A stretch of 64,000 nt of DNA, taken from positions 15,561 through 79,560 of the IMG/VR virus record IMGVR_UViG_3300024324_000425. The stretch is one strand, 5' to 3'. A program made the translations under genes and the position numbers. Positions within the stretch are counted from its first letter, which is position 1; every line of letters starts with the position of its first letter. The notes beneath the pieces are model-generated. The model made no database searches, was not told where the DNA came from, and saw only the letters and a program-made list of their open reading frames with translations. The DNA is from a virus. Below, one piece after another: positions 10,114 to 20,228 of the stretch.

Positions 10114-10458
10114 ATGAGTGATAAAGATTTAAATAATGATTATGAAAAGATAAGAAAGTCTCTTTATGATTTAACCGATCAAGGTGATGAAGCTATTGAG
10201 CTCATGATGGAGCTTGCTAGGGAATCTGAACATCCACGCGCATTTGAAGTGCTCGGCCAACTAATCAAACAAAATGCAGAGATCAGTGAAAAGATCTTAA
10301 AGATGCATAAGACCAAAAAAGAAGTAGAGAAGGTAGATACTCCAGCCTTAGATGCTGCCGGGTCAATAACTAATAACAATGTGTTTATTGGATCTACTGC
10401 TGACCTACAGAAAATGCTACATGATGAGAAAGTGATTGATGTCGAACCAAGCCAGTAA
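10114..10458 (+). CDS. gp16: terminase small subunit gp16
   Basis: SEHPRAFEV and NNNVFIGSTADLQKML. Confidence 0.93.
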   Translation: MSDKDLNNDYEKIRKSLYDLTDQGDEAIELMMELARESEHPRAFEVLGQLIKQNAEISEKILKMHKTKKEVEKVDTPALDAAGSITNNNVFIGSTADLQKMLHDEKVIDVEPSQ

Positions 10459-12007
10459 TACTTATTTAGGTAACCCGCGGGTACGTGGGGCTGATACTGC
10501 GCACCCCTGGACCAAAGAAGAACTGGTCGAATATGCACGTTGTGCAAAAGATCCTGTGTACTTCGCTAAAAAGTATTGTAAGGTAATTCATGTTGACCAC
10601 GGGCTAGTACCATTTGAGTTGTATGATTATCAAGAGAAGATGTTTGAGCACTTTAATAGTAATCGATTCTCTATCGTATTAGCATGTAGACAATCAGGTA
10701 AATCAATATCAACTGTTGCTTATCTATTATGGTATATCCTATTTAAAGGAGAACAGGTTGTAGGTATCCTTGCTAACAAAGGTGCTACGGCTCGTGAAAT
10801 GCTGGGTCGTATTACGTTGATGCTTGAAAATGTCCCATTCTTTCTCCAACCTGGGTGTAAAGCTTTAAACAAAGGTTCAATTGAATTTTCAAATAACTCT
10901 AGAATCATAGCCGCGGCTACTTCATCAAGTTCAGTTCGTGGTATGTCTATGAACCTAGTGTATCTTGATGAGTTTGCATTCGTTGAAAGAGATGTTGAGT
11001 TCTATACATCAACCTATCCTGTTATCTCCTCTGGTACTTCAACCAAAATTATTATTACATCGACACGTAATGGTGTTAATAACATGTTTAATAAGATATA
11101 TGAAGGAGCCGTCCAAGGTACTAATGAATTCAAATCATTTAGAGTAGACTGGTGGGACGTACCTGGTAGAGATGAAGCGTGGAAGCAGATGACTATTGCT
11201 AATACGTCAGAGCTTCAATTCAAACAAGAATTTGGTAACGAAGTCATTGGGGCAGGTAATACTCTAATCAATGCTGAAACCCTAATATCAATGCAATCAA
11301 TAGATCCTATTGCTATTAAAGAATCTGGCTCCCTTAACATGTACAAGGAACCTATCTTAGGGCATAACTATATCATGGCAGTTGACGTAGCACGCGGTAG
11401 AGGTATGGACTATTCAACCTTTAATATCATTGATGTATCATCAAGCCCTATGGAACAAGTGTGTGCGTATAGGGATAATATGATCTCCCCGCTACTATTA
11501 CCTGACGTTATATATAAGTATGCTAATCACTACAATGAAGCCTATGTTATTGTTGAAAGTAATGACCAAGGAGCGGTGGTATGTAATGGATTATATTACG
11601 ACTTAGAATATGAATTTGTCCATGTAGAATCATTAGTTAAAGCTAATTCTATTGGTGTTACTATGAATAAAAAGATTAAACGAATTGGTTGCTCTAACAT
11701 TAAAGACATCATCGAACAAGGTAAATTAAAAATTAATGATAATGAAACCATTATTGAAGCATCATCATTTGTATCTAAAGGGTCATCTTATGAAGCAGAT
11801 AAAAATGGTCATGATGACCTAATGATGAACCTAGTTATGTTCGGCTGGTTCTCAACAACCCCATTCTTTCAAGAGGCAACAGACATCGATATGAAAGCTA
11901 TGTTGTATCATGAAAAGACCAAACAGATTGAAGATGATTTAATACCAGTAGGAATATTTAGCGAGCAAGAAGAGATCGATAATCCATGGGTAATATGGAA
12001 AGGCTAG
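10436..12007 (+). CDS. gp17: terminase large subunit gp17
   Basis: RQSGKS Walker A, YLDEFAF Walker B, VDVARGRG.DYS nuclease motif, HDDLMM. Confidence 0.96.
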   Translation: MMSNQASNTYLGNPRVRGADTAHPWTKEELVEYARCAKDPVYFAKKYCKVIHVDHGLVPFELYDYQEKMFEHFNSNRFSIVLACRQSGKSISTVAYLLWYILFKGEQVVGILANKGATAREMLGRITLMLENVPFFLQPGCKALNKGSIEFSNNSRIIAAATSSSSVRGMSMNLVYLDEFAFVERDVEFYTSTYPVISSGTSTKIIITSTRNGVNNMFNKIYEGAVQGTNEFKSFRVDWWDVPGRDEAWKQMTIANTSELQFKQEFGNEVIGAGNTLINAETLISMQSIDPIAIKESGSLNMYKEPILGHNYIMAVDVARGRGMDYSTFNIIDVSSSPMEQVCAYRDNMISPLLLPDVIYKYANHYNEAYVIVESNDQGAVVCNGLYYDLEYEFVHVESLVKANSIGVTMNKKIKRIGCSNIKDIIEQGKLKINDNETIIEASSFVSKGSSYEADKNGHDDLMMNLVMFGWFSTTPFFQEATDIDMKAMLYHEKTKQIEDDLIPVGIFSEQEEIDNPWVIWKG

Positions 12008-12011
12008 GTAT

Positions 12012-12019
12012 TATAAATA
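12012..12019 (+). promoter_or_regulatory. late promoter for gp18
   Basis: TATAAATA, intergenic. Confidence 0.8.
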
Positions 12020-12083
12020 ACTATATTGAATATAAACGTATTATGAATAAACTTATTACATCTTTGATTAGGAGAAGAAAACA

Positions 12084-13769
12084 ATGGCATTTCTAGTATC
12101 ACCTGGAGTACAGGTAAAAGAAATCGATTTGACTAATGTTATCCCTGCAACGTCTGCATCAATTGGAGCAATCGCTGGTTCATTCCAGTGGGGCCCAGCC
12201 GATACGATTATTACAGTAGGATCAGAAAAACAATTAGTACAAATCTTTGGTCAACCGAATAATGACACATATAATACTGTGTTATCGGCTGCTCAATTTT
12301 TAAGCTACGCAAACTCATTAAGAGTAGTGCGAGCAGTAGGCGCAACAGCGTTAAACGCAACATCATCAGGCACAGGTACACTACTGAAGAATGCTGATGC
12401 GGTAGAATCATACAGCGGTTCAGAAGAATTTGCCGCTAAATACCCAGGTGTTATTGGTAACAATATTGGTATTCATATATGTACAGATTCAGTCGGCTTT
12501 AATACATGGATATATAAAGATGCATTCAATTCAGCTCCAGGAACTTCAGCAGGAACTCTTGCTTTAGGCGGATCTAATGACGAAATACATATTGCAATTA
12601 TTGATACTACAGGCGCTATTACAGGCACCGCAAATAGTGTATTAGAAACATATTCATATGTTTCACAGGCTTCTAATGCTAAATCTGCTGATGGTACATC
12701 AAACTACTGGGTGGATGTTATTAATAGTCAATCGGCTTGGTTAAATGTATTAAATGCTCCTATTGAATTAGCAGATTCAGGTGCAGTTATGGCTGGAACA
12801 ACTTTTGATACAACAATTGATGGTGCAGCAGATAATATTTTTCATGAAACATTATCCGGTGCAGCCGATGATAATACATTAACAACTGGTGAGCTTATTG
12901 CTGGTTACGATATGTTTGCAGATGCTGAAACTGTTGAAGTTTCATTAATCATGAATGGTGATGTTAAAGCTGGTGCTGATGCAACAACTGTTGCTAATCA
13001 TATTATTGCTTTAGCTGAATCACGTAAAGATTGTGTTGCGTTTGTTTCGCCTCCAATTGCTGCTTCTGTTAATAATACAACTCCTGTTACAGATATTAAG
13101 ACTTGGAGAGATTCACTTACTTCATCATCTTATGCGTTTGCTGACTCAGGTGCTTTATATGTGTACGACAAGTACAATGATAAGTATCGTTGGTTAGCTG
13201 CTTCTGGTTCTATGGCTGGTTTATCTGCTAATGCTGATATGGTTGCTGATGCTTGGTTTAGTCCTGCTGGTTTCACACGTGGTAACCTACGTAATGTAAC
13301 TAAGCTTGCATTCAATCCTAAGCAAGTACAAAGAGATGATTTATACAAAGTAGGTATTAACCCTATCGTTGCATTCCCTGGTGCTGGTACATTGTTATAC
13401 GGTGATAAGACATTACAGTATAAAGCTTCTGCATTTGATAGAATCAACGTACGTAGATTATTCATTACTCTTGAAAAGGCTATTTCAAAAGCTTCTAAAG
13501 CGTCTTTATTCGAATTCAATGATGAATTCACTAGAGCTCAATTTAGAAACATGACTGAACCATTCTTAAGGGATATCAAGGGACGTAGAGGAATTACAGA
13601 CTTTAAAGTAGTTTGTGATGATACTAATAATACTGGTAACGTAATCGATACTAATCGATTTGTTGCAGATATTTATATCAAACCTGCACGTTCAATTAAT
13701 TTTATTACATTAAACTTCATCGCTACAAGAACTGGTGTTGAATTTAGTGAAATCGCTGGAGGTAATTAA
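12084..13769 (+). CDS. gp18: tail sheath protein gp18
   Basis: SPGVQVKEIDLT, WFSPAGFTRG, FDRINVRRLF, FEFNDEFTR, KPARSINFI. Confidence 0.96.
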   Translation: MAFLVSPGVQVKEIDLTNVIPATSASIGAIAGSFQWGPADTIITVGSEKQLVQIFGQPNNDTYNTVLSAAQFLSYANSLRVVRAVGATALNATSSGTGTLLKNADAVESYSGSEEFAAKYPGVIGNNIGIHICTDSVGFNTWIYKDAFNSAPGTSAGTLALGGSNDEIHIAIIDTTGAITGTANSVLETYSYVSQASNAKSADGTSNYWVDVINSQSAWLNVLNAPIELADSGAVMAGTTFDTTIDGAADNIFHETLSGAADDNTLTTGELIAGYDMFADAETVEVSLIMNGDVKAGADATTVANHIIALAESRKDCVAFVSPPIAASVNNTTPVTDIKTWRDSLTSSSYAFADSGALYVYDKYNDKYRWLAASGSMAGLSANADMVADAWFSPAGFTRGNLRNVTKLAFNPKQVQRDDLYKVGINPIVAFPGAGTLLYGDKTLQYKASAFDRINVRRLFITLEKAISKASKASLFEFNDEFTRAQFRNMTEPFLRDIKGRRGITDFKVVCDDTNNTGNVIDTNRFVADIYIKPARSINFITLNFIATRTGVEFSEIAGGN

Positions 13770-13771
13770 TC

Positions 13772-14299
13772 ATGGCTATTTTAGGTGTAGACGATTTTAA
13801 AGCAAAATTAACCGGTGGTGGCGCAAGAGCTAATTTATTCAAGGCAACTTTAGGTTTCCCTGCATATGTTACTTCTGATGTATCGCTAGCATCATTTATG
13901 GTTAAAGCAGCTCAACTTCCATCATCAGTAATTAGTCCAATCATGGTTCCTTTCCGTGGTAGACAATTACAGATTGCTGGTGACAGAACTTTTGAACCTT
14001 GGACAATTACTATCATTAATGATACAAACTTCTCGGTTCGTGATTCTTTTGAACAATGGATGAATGGTATTAACCAACATAACAATAACACTGGTTTAAC
14101 TAACCCTAATGATTACATGTCTGACATGATCATTGATCAGTTAGATAAAGATGGTACTGTTGTTAAAGGTTATAACATCAGAGGTTGTTTTCCAACTAAT
14201 CTTGGAGCAATTGAAGTATCTTACGATACTGAAAATACGATTGAAGAGTTCACTGTTGAACTACAAGTACAATATTGGGAAAGCAATAAAACTACTTAA
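13772..14299 (+). CDS. gp19: tail tube protein gp19
   Basis: GGGARANLF, FRGRQLQIAGDRTFEPW, IEEFTVELQ. Confidence 0.95.
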   Translation: MAILGVDDFKAKLTGGGARANLFKATLGFPAYVTSDVSLASFMVKAAQLPSSVISPIMVPFRGRQLQIAGDRTFEPWTITIINDTNFSVRDSFEQWMNGINQHNNNTGLTNPNDYMSDMIIDQLDKDGTVVKGYNIRGCFPTNLGAIEVSYDTENTIEEFTVELQVQYWESNKTT

Positions 14300-14310
14300 T
14301 CAATAAACTA

Positions 14311-14337
14311 AAGGGGTCTTCTTCGGAAGGCTCTTTT
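14311..14337 (+). terminator. intrinsic terminator after gp19
   Basis: GGGGTCTTC-TTCG-GAAGGCTCT stem with a UUCG loop, followed by Ts. Confidence 0.75.
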
Positions 14338-14345
14338 ATAAAGGT

Positions 14346-14353
14346 TATAAATA
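14346..14353 (+). promoter_or_regulatory. late promoter for the portal gene
   Basis: TATAAATA. Confidence 0.75.
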
Positions 14354-14389
14354 ATTATAGTCTTTATAAAAGAGCACAACAATATAATT

Positions 14390-15880
14390 ATGGCAGAAGA
14401 GAACAAATTATTCGGATTTTCTTTCAAAAGAAAGAAATCAGTAGAAAAAGTTAAAGCAAAATCATTCGTTCAAGATAACGAGGATGGTGCGTATCAAATA
14501 TCTCCATCAGGTGGTTACTTTGGTCAGTACATTGATATTTCAGGTGATCAATTCCAGAATGATGCAGATCTTATATACAAGTATAGACAGATCTCGGTTT
14601 ACCCTGAGATTGATGCTGCTGTTGAAGATATTACTAATGAAGCTATTACGGTATCGGATGATAACAAAATAGTATCATTAAACCTTGATGACTTAGAACA
14701 ACCAGATAACATTAAGAAATTAATACATGAAGAGTTTGAAGCGGTTCTTAGAATCCTTGATTTTTCATCTAATGGTTATGACTTATTCAGGCGTTGGTAT
14801 ATTGATGGTCGTTTATTCTATCATGTGGTGATTGGTGATAAAGAAGGTACTGGTATTGTAGACCTTAAGCTCATTGACCCTACTAAAATCCGCAAGATTA
14901 AAGAGATTGAAAAGGTTATTGATCCTCAAACTAAAGCAGAATTAGTTAGAGAGGTTGGTGAATACTACCTATACCAAGAGCAAGAACATGTTACAAACTC
15001 TGAAGGTCTTAAAATATCAACAGATGCTATCATTCAAATCAACTCAGGTTTATTAAATGATACACGTGATAAGGTAATTGGTTACCTCCACAAAGCTTTA
15101 AAGCCAATGAATCAGTTATCTATGATGGAAGATTCATTAGTTATTTACAGAGTAAGTAGAGCACCTGAACGCCGTATATTCTATATTGATGTTGGTAATT
15201 TACCTAAGGGTAAAGCCGAAGAGTACTTGAATAATACAATGAATAAGTATCGTAATAAAGTTGTATACGATGCGGAGACTGGTGCTATTAAAGATGAGAA
15301 GGCTCATCGTTCAGTCATGGAAGACTTTTGGTTACCTCGTCGTGAAGGCGGTAGAGGTACAGAGATTGATACTCTTCCTGGTGGTCAAAACCTAGGTGAG
15401 ATTGATGATATTATGTACTTCCAAAAGAAATTATATAAAGCATTAAATGTACCGGCCTCTAGATTAGAAGCTGACACTACATTTAATATTGGTAGATCAT
15501 CTGAAGTTACTAGAGACGAGCTTAAGTTCCAGAAGTTTATTGATCGTGTTCGTACTAGATTTGCTGGCTTATTCTTAGAGGTTCTTAAGAGACAATTGAT
15601 TCTTAAGAAGATTATTGTACCAAGCGATTGGAGAACTATTAAGCATGAGATAGCCGTTGAATATGAACGTGATAACTATTATGCTGAACTTAAAGAATCA
15701 GAGATACTTAAAGAAAGATTAGATAGTCTATCAATGATGGACGAATATGTCGGTGTTTACTTCTCCCAAGAATGGGTTAAGAAGAAGATTCTTAATATGA
15801 ATGATAAAGACATTGAAGAGATGCAGAAGCAAATGGATTCAGAAGGCGATCAAGATATTGATGCCGATTTAATGGATTAG
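14390..15880 (+). CDS. gp20: portal protein gp20
   Basis: FRRWYIDGRL, RAPERRIFYIDVGNLPKGKAE, EDFWLPRREGGRGTEI, TRDELKF. Confidence 0.96.
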   Translation: MAEENKLFGFSFKRKKSVEKVKAKSFVQDNEDGAYQISPSGGYFGQYIDISGDQFQNDADLIYKYRQISVYPEIDAAVEDITNEAITVSDDNKIVSLNLDDLEQPDNIKKLIHEEFEAVLRILDFSSNGYDLFRRWYIDGRLFYHVVIGDKEGTGIVDLKLIDPTKIRKIKEIEKVIDPQTKAELVREVGEYYLYQEQEHVTNSEGLKISTDAIIQINSGLLNDTRDKVIGYLHKALKPMNQLSMMEDSLVIYRVSRAPERRIFYIDVGNLPKGKAEEYLNNTMNKYRNKVVYDAETGAIKDEKAHRSVMEDFWLPRREGGRGTEIDTLPGGQNLGEIDDIMYFQKKLYKALNVPASRLEADTTFNIGRSSEVTRDELKFQKFIDRVRTRFAGLFLEVLKRQLILKKIIVPSDWRTIKHEIAVEYERDNYYAELKESEILKERLDSLSMMDEYVGVYFSQEWVKKKILNMNDKDIEEMQKQMDSEGDQDIDADLMD

Positions 15881-15893
15881 AAACATAAATTTA

Positions 15894-15901
15894 TATAAAT
15901 A
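15894..15901 (+). promoter_or_regulatory. late promoter
   Basis: TATAAATA before the prohead core genes. Confidence 0.75.
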
Positions 15902-15923
15902 TATTATACAAGAGGAATAAATA

Positions 15924-16115
15924 ATGGATATTAAAGATTTAATTGATGACATTGGTAAAGGTGATGCCCAAGCATCTAATAACACATTTAATAGTATTGT
16001 GTTAAGCAAGATGAATGTGGCTTTAGATGCTCGTAAAGAGGTAATCGCTAATGACATGTATGGTTCTAATGAGCCAATTAACACAGAGGAACCTAAGGCA
16101 GATGCTAACATTTAA
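15924..16115 (+). CDS. prohead core protein gp67-like
   Basis: small ORF immediately after gp20, LID.I..G...A...F pattern. Confidence 0.65.
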   Translation: MDIKDLIDDIGKGDAQASNNTFNSIVLSKMNVALDARKEVIANDMYGSNEPINTEEPKADANI

Positions 16116-16341
16116 ACAATCATTTAATACTTTATTAGAAAGTAAAATGAAATTGCCTAAGGGCGAGACTATAGTAAAGGAGATTAGCAAGCTTGGCAAG
16201 AGCAAAGATGTTAATGCTCTTATTACTGGTAAGGCCAACAAGTTTATTCTATACGTAGATGAAACTAAACTAGATACTTTTAAATCAGTTAAAGATGCTG
16301 AAAAAGGTCTTAAAGAATTTTTAAAGGTAATGGGAGTATAA
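16102..16341 (+). CDS. small prohead/internal protein
   Basis: start reassigned to ATG 16102 (MLTFKQSFNTLLE-S); lies between gp20 and gp21. Confidence 0.55.
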   Translation: MLTFKQSFNTLLESKMKLPKGETIVKEISKLGKSKDVNALITGKANKFILYVDETKLDTFKSVKDAEKGLKEFLKVMGV

Positions 16342-16342
16342 C

Positions 16343-16561
16343 ATGAATTTACATGAAGCTAGTATAGATCTATTAGAAGGTAAAGCAGAAGGTCAAATAA
16401 TTAGTAAAATGCTTACTATGACTAAGGCTTTAATGAAAGAAGTAGATAAGTTATCTAAAATTGATAATGGTGATTTGCATGATCAAATTACTAATATGGA
16501 TCATTTTACTACAAAATTACGTGATACAATTTTAAGAGCAAATAAGGTAAACCCTAAGTAA
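16343..16561 (+). CDS. small putative internal head protein
   Basis: MNLHEASIDLLE-G; head module. Confidence 0.5.
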   Translation: MNLHEASIDLLEGKAEGQIISKMLTMTKALMKEVDKLSKIDNGDLHDQITNMDHFTTKLRDTILRANKVNPK

Positions 16562-16797
16562 TGAATATTAACGAAGCATACACCAGTATTAATGCTGTTG
16601 TGTTAAACGAGAAGTTTGACGAGAGGAAAGCTGAGGTAACACTTAAAGACTTGAAAATGGTATATGGTCAAGCTAAAATGATTGGTGCTAGTAAGGCTGC
16701 ACAAGACGAATTAAAGAGAGTTTACTCAAGATTAGTGAGTGATTGGTTTGGTCATAATGAAGCTGGGAAACGTAAAATACCAACGGAGTTAAAATAA
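16561..16797 (+). CDS. small putative internal head protein
   Basis: MNINEAY...VLNE-K; head module. Confidence 0.5.
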   Translation: MNINEAYTSINAVVLNEKFDERKAEVTLKDLKMVYGQAKMIGASKAAQDELKRVYSRLVSDWFGHNEAGKRKIPTELK

Positions 16798-16798
16798 T

Positions 16799-17455
16799 AT
16801 GAAGTTAATAGCAGAATATACAAATGAAGGTTTAGGTTACTCGATTACTGAAGGAAAGAATGGTAAGAAAGAAACTTATATCGAAGGAATTTTTATGCAA
16901 GCGGAAGGCAAGAATAGAAATGGACGAGTTTATACTCGCGAAGTCCTTACTGCTGCAGTGGATAGATACAACAATGAACAAGTAATGACCGGTAGAGCCG
17001 TAGGTGAATTAAATCACCCAGAAGGCCCTTCGATCAACTTAGATAAAGTTAGTCACAGAATTACAGAACTTAAATGGAACGGTAATAATGTGATTGGTAA
17101 AGCACTAGTGTTAGATACTCCAATGGGTCAGATCGTAAAAGGTTTGGTCGAAGGTGGTGTTCAACTTGGTGTTTCAAGTCGTGGTATGGGAAGTTTGGAA
17201 AATAGAAATGGTGTTAGCTATGTGAAAGATGATTTTATGCTTTCAACTGTTGACATCGTGCAGGATCCATCAGCACCTAATGCATTTGTAAATGGCATTA
17301 TGGAAGGTGTTGATTGGAAAATGGATGGCACAGGTCATTATATCCAAACAATTGAAGAAGGTGAGACTGAAATGATGGAAACAGTAACAGAAGAAGTGGT
17401 GGATAACACTGCATCTGAAGTTACTGGATTTGAGCATTTCCTCTCTAAACTATAA
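16799..17455 (+). CDS. gp21: prohead protease gp21
   Basis: IEGIFMQA..KNRNGRVY, GELNHP, GVSSRGMGS, DIVQDPSAP. Confidence 0.96.
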   Translation: MKLIAEYTNEGLGYSITEGKNGKKETYIEGIFMQAEGKNRNGRVYTREVLTAAVDRYNNEQVMTGRAVGELNHPEGPSINLDKVSHRITELKWNGNNVIGKALVLDTPMGQIVKGLVEGGVQLGVSSRGMGSLENRNGVSYVKDDFMLSTVDIVQDPSAPNAFVNGIMEGVDWKMDGTGHYIQTIEEGETEMMETVTEEVVDNTASEVTGFEHFLSKL

Positions 17456-17475
17456 CTCTAACAGGAGTAAATAAT

Positions 17476-18495
17476 ATGTCAGAAGAAATTAAAGACATCG
17501 CTGAAGAGGTTATTGTTGAGGAAACTAATACAGAAGTAGAAGCTCCCTTAACAGAAGCTCGTACGATATCTGCAATTAATGCATCTTTACAAGAAATGAA
17601 TAAAGATGAATTGGATGCAATCTTTGAAGCTGCTGAGAAAGCTAAAGCGAAAGCTAAAGTTGAATCGGAAGATGAAGATGAAGATGAAGATGAAGACGGT
17701 GATGACGAAGAAGGTGAAGTAGAAAACGAGAAGAAAGAAGCTAAAGCTAAAACTAAGAAGGAGTCTAAAAAGGACAAATTCAAAGAAGATATTGATGCAC
17801 TTGCCAATGGCGAAGATTCATTATCAGAAGGTTTTAAGGATAAAGCATCTATAATCTTTGAAGCTGCGTTACAATCAAAAGTGGCTACGACAGTTGTTGA
17901 ATTAGAAGAGCGTTATGCATCTGATTTAACTGAAGAAGTAGAAGCTATTAAAGAAGACTTAGTTGATAAGGTAGATGGTTACCTTAACTACGTTGTTGAG
18001 AATTGGATGACCGAGAATGAAGTTGCTATTGAGCACTCTCTTAAGTCTGAAATCACAGAGTCATTTATCAACGCATTACATGGCGTGTTTGTTGAACACC
18101 ACATCAATGTACCAGAAGATAAGGTTGAAATTGTTGATGCCTTAACTGAAGAAGTAACTGATGCTAAAGATCAATTGAATGCAAGTCAAGAAGCTAACAT
18201 GGAATTATCAGAGAAAGTTAAAGCTTTCGAACGTAAGTCTATCGTTGCTGAAGCATGCGAGGGTTTAGCTGCTACTGAAGCTGCAAAATTAACTGAATTA
18301 TCAGAAGCTATTGAAGCTGAAGACAATTCTGATTTTGCTTCTAAAGTCGCGACAATCAAAGAGTCTTACCTTAACAAAGACGAAACACAAGTTGATGTAT
18401 CGGAAATCGATGCAATCAGCGAAGAAAGTGAAAAAGCAACGGTATTAAGTGATTCAATGCAATCATACTTATCAGCTATTTCATCTACTAAATAA
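17476..18495 (+). CDS. gp22: prohead scaffold protein gp22
   Basis: acidic coiled coil, LSEGFKDKASIIFEAA, VDGYLNYVVENW. Confidence 0.92.
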   Translation: MSEEIKDIAEEVIVEETNTEVEAPLTEARTISAINASLQEMNKDELDAIFEAAEKAKAKAKVESEDEDEDEDEDGDDEEGEVENEKKEAKAKTKKESKKDKFKEDIDALANGEDSLSEGFKDKASIIFEAALQSKVATTVVELEERYASDLTEEVEAIKEDLVDKVDGYLNYVVENWMTENEVAIEHSLKSEITESFINALHGVFVEHHINVPEDKVEIVDALTEEVTDAKDQLNASQEANMELSEKVKAFERKSIVAEACEGLAATEAAKLTELSEAIEAEDNSDFASKVATIKESYLNKDETQVDVSEIDAISEESEKATVLSDSMQSYLSAISSTK

Positions 18496-18514
18496 TTCTA
18501 ATAGGAGAAAACAC

Positions 18515-19699
18515 ATGGAATTAAACGCAACACAACTACAAGAAAAATGGAACCCAGTATTAGAAGCTTCTGATGCAGGTACTATTACAGACGCATACAA
18601 ACGTTCAGTAACAGCAATCGTTCTTGAAAACCAAGAGAAAGCCCTTAACGAAACTCGTATGGCTGCTGGCGGTACTGACGCAACTGGCGCGATTAACAAC
18701 TGGGATCCAGTAATGATCTCACTAGTTCGTCGTTCTACACCTAACTTACTAGCATTTGATATTGCTGGTGTTCAACCAATGACTGGTCCTACTGGCTTGA
18801 TCTTCGCTATGAAGTCAAACTACTCAGACGGTACTGCTGGAGCAGACGGTATTTCAGGTAATGCTGATGACGTTGCACCTACAGAAGCACTATTTAACGA
18901 ACCTAATACTTCGTTCTCTGGTAAAGCTGGTGGCGCAAGAATGACTACGCTAGAAGCTGAAGGTAACAACTACAACGAAATGGGTTTCTCTATCGAGAAG
19001 CAAGTTGTTGAAGCTGAATCTCGTCAATTACGTGCTCAGTACACAATGGAATTAGCTCAAGACCTTAAAGCTGTACACGGTCTTAATGCTGAAACTGAAT
19101 TGGCTAACATCCTTTCTTCTGAAATCTTAGGTGAAATTAACCGTGAGATGATTAAGAAAATCAATGCACAAGCTGTTGCATTTACTGCATTTGATGCTAC
19201 TCCAGTTACTGGTACTTCTAAAGGTCGTTGGGAAGTTGAAGTATTCAAATCACTTATTACACATTTTGAAAAGGCTGCAAACGCAATTGCAATCGCTACA
19301 AGACGTGGTAAGGGTAACTTTGCTATCATCTCTTCTGGTGTAGCTGCTGCATTAAATGCAACAGGTTCAGTTCAGTATGGTAACGTTGCAACAACTGGTC
19401 TTGCTGATGTAAATGGTAACTTATTTATTGGTACACTTAACGGTGGCATCAAGTTATATGTTGATCCATTTGCTGCAACTGACTATGTAACTGTTGGTTA
19501 TAAAGGTACTAACGCTTATGATGCTGGTATGTTCTACTGCCCATACGTTCCTTTATCAATGATGAAGACAATTGGTGAGAATGACTTCCAACCTAAGATT
19601 GGTTTCAAGACTCGTTACGGCGTAACTCATAACCCATTTACTTCGGGTGTTGACGGTGCTAACACGTACTACCAAACGTTTGCTGTAACTAACCTATAA
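18515..19699 (+). CDS. gp23: major capsid protein gp23
   Basis: GVQPMTGPTGLIFAM, ELAQDLKAVHGLNAETELANILS.EI..EINRE, FYCPYVPL, FQPKIGFKTRYG; AGGAG RBS before ATG 18515. Confidence 0.97.
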   Translation: MELNATQLQEKWNPVLEASDAGTITDAYKRSVTAIVLENQEKALNETRMAAGGTDATGAINNWDPVMISLVRRSTPNLLAFDIAGVQPMTGPTGLIFAMKSNYSDGTAGADGISGNADDVAPTEALFNEPNTSFSGKAGGARMTTLEAEGNNYNEMGFSIEKQVVEAESRQLRAQYTMELAQDLKAVHGLNAETELANILSSEILGEINREMIKKINAQAVAFTAFDATPVTGTSKGRWEVEVFKSLITHFEKAANAIAIATRRGKGNFAIISSGVAAALNATGSVQYGNVATTGLADVNGNLFIGTLNGGIKLYVDPFAATDYVTVGYKGTNAYDAGMFYCPYVPLSMMKTIGENDFQPKIGFKTRYGVTHNPFTSGVDGANTYYQTFAVTNL

Positions 19700-19722
19700 T
19701 AGGTAAGTAACAACTTAACGTG

Positions 19723-19747
19723 AGAGCCCCTTAATTGGGGCTTTTTT
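19723..19747 (+). terminator. intrinsic terminator after gp23
   Basis: AGCCCC-TTAATT-GGGGCT followed by a T-run. Confidence 0.85.
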
Positions 19748-19761
19748 GTGCCTGAAATACG

Positions 19762-19769
19762 TATAAATA
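19762..19769 (+). promoter_or_regulatory. late promoter for gp3
   Basis: TATAAATA. Confidence 0.7.
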
Positions 19770-19774
19770 ATAAC

Positions 19775-20227
19775 ATGCCAAATTACTTAAATCCAACCTC
19801 ATTCGTATTACAGTTAGATACTGTAGTTTACCCAACAGCTGAATTTACTGTTCAAACTATGATTCTCCCAGACGTTACAGTCGACGGAGCACAATATCAT
19901 ACTCCATCTAGGTCTATTGCAATTGCAGCAGATAAGATAACGTATGGTGCTTTTGAATGTTCATTCTTAGTTGATGAGAACCTAATCAATTATAAAGAGA
20001 TTTATGATTGGTTATATAATCAAGTGAATAACAATAACAGCGCTGCTAACGTAAGAGACTTAACTCTTAATATTCTATCGAGCTCCAATCTCCTAACTAA
20101 ACAGATTAGATTTATTGATGCTTACCCTACAAACCTTTCATCATTACCTTTTGATATAACAACAACAGACGTGGAATACTTAACTGCGGTTGTTTCATTT
20201 AATTACTCATATTTCGAAATAGTATAA
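19775..20227 (+). CDS. gp3: tail tube terminator/completion protein gp3
   Basis: NYLNPTSF, FLVDENLINYKEIYDW, FIDAYPTNLSSL.FD; follows gp23. Confidence 0.88.
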   Translation: MPNYLNPTSFVLQLDTVVYPTAEFTVQTMILPDVTVDGAQYHTPSRSIAIAADKITYGAFECSFLVDENLINYKEIYDWLYNQVNNNNSAANVRDLTLNILSSSNLLTKQIRFIDAYPTNLSSLPFDITTTDVEYLTAVVSFNYSYFEIV

Positions 20228-20228
20228 C

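Noticed and set aside
17669-17715. GAAGAT microsatellite in gp22
   Set aside because: It encodes the ordinary acidic low-complexity linker of T4-like scaffold proteins
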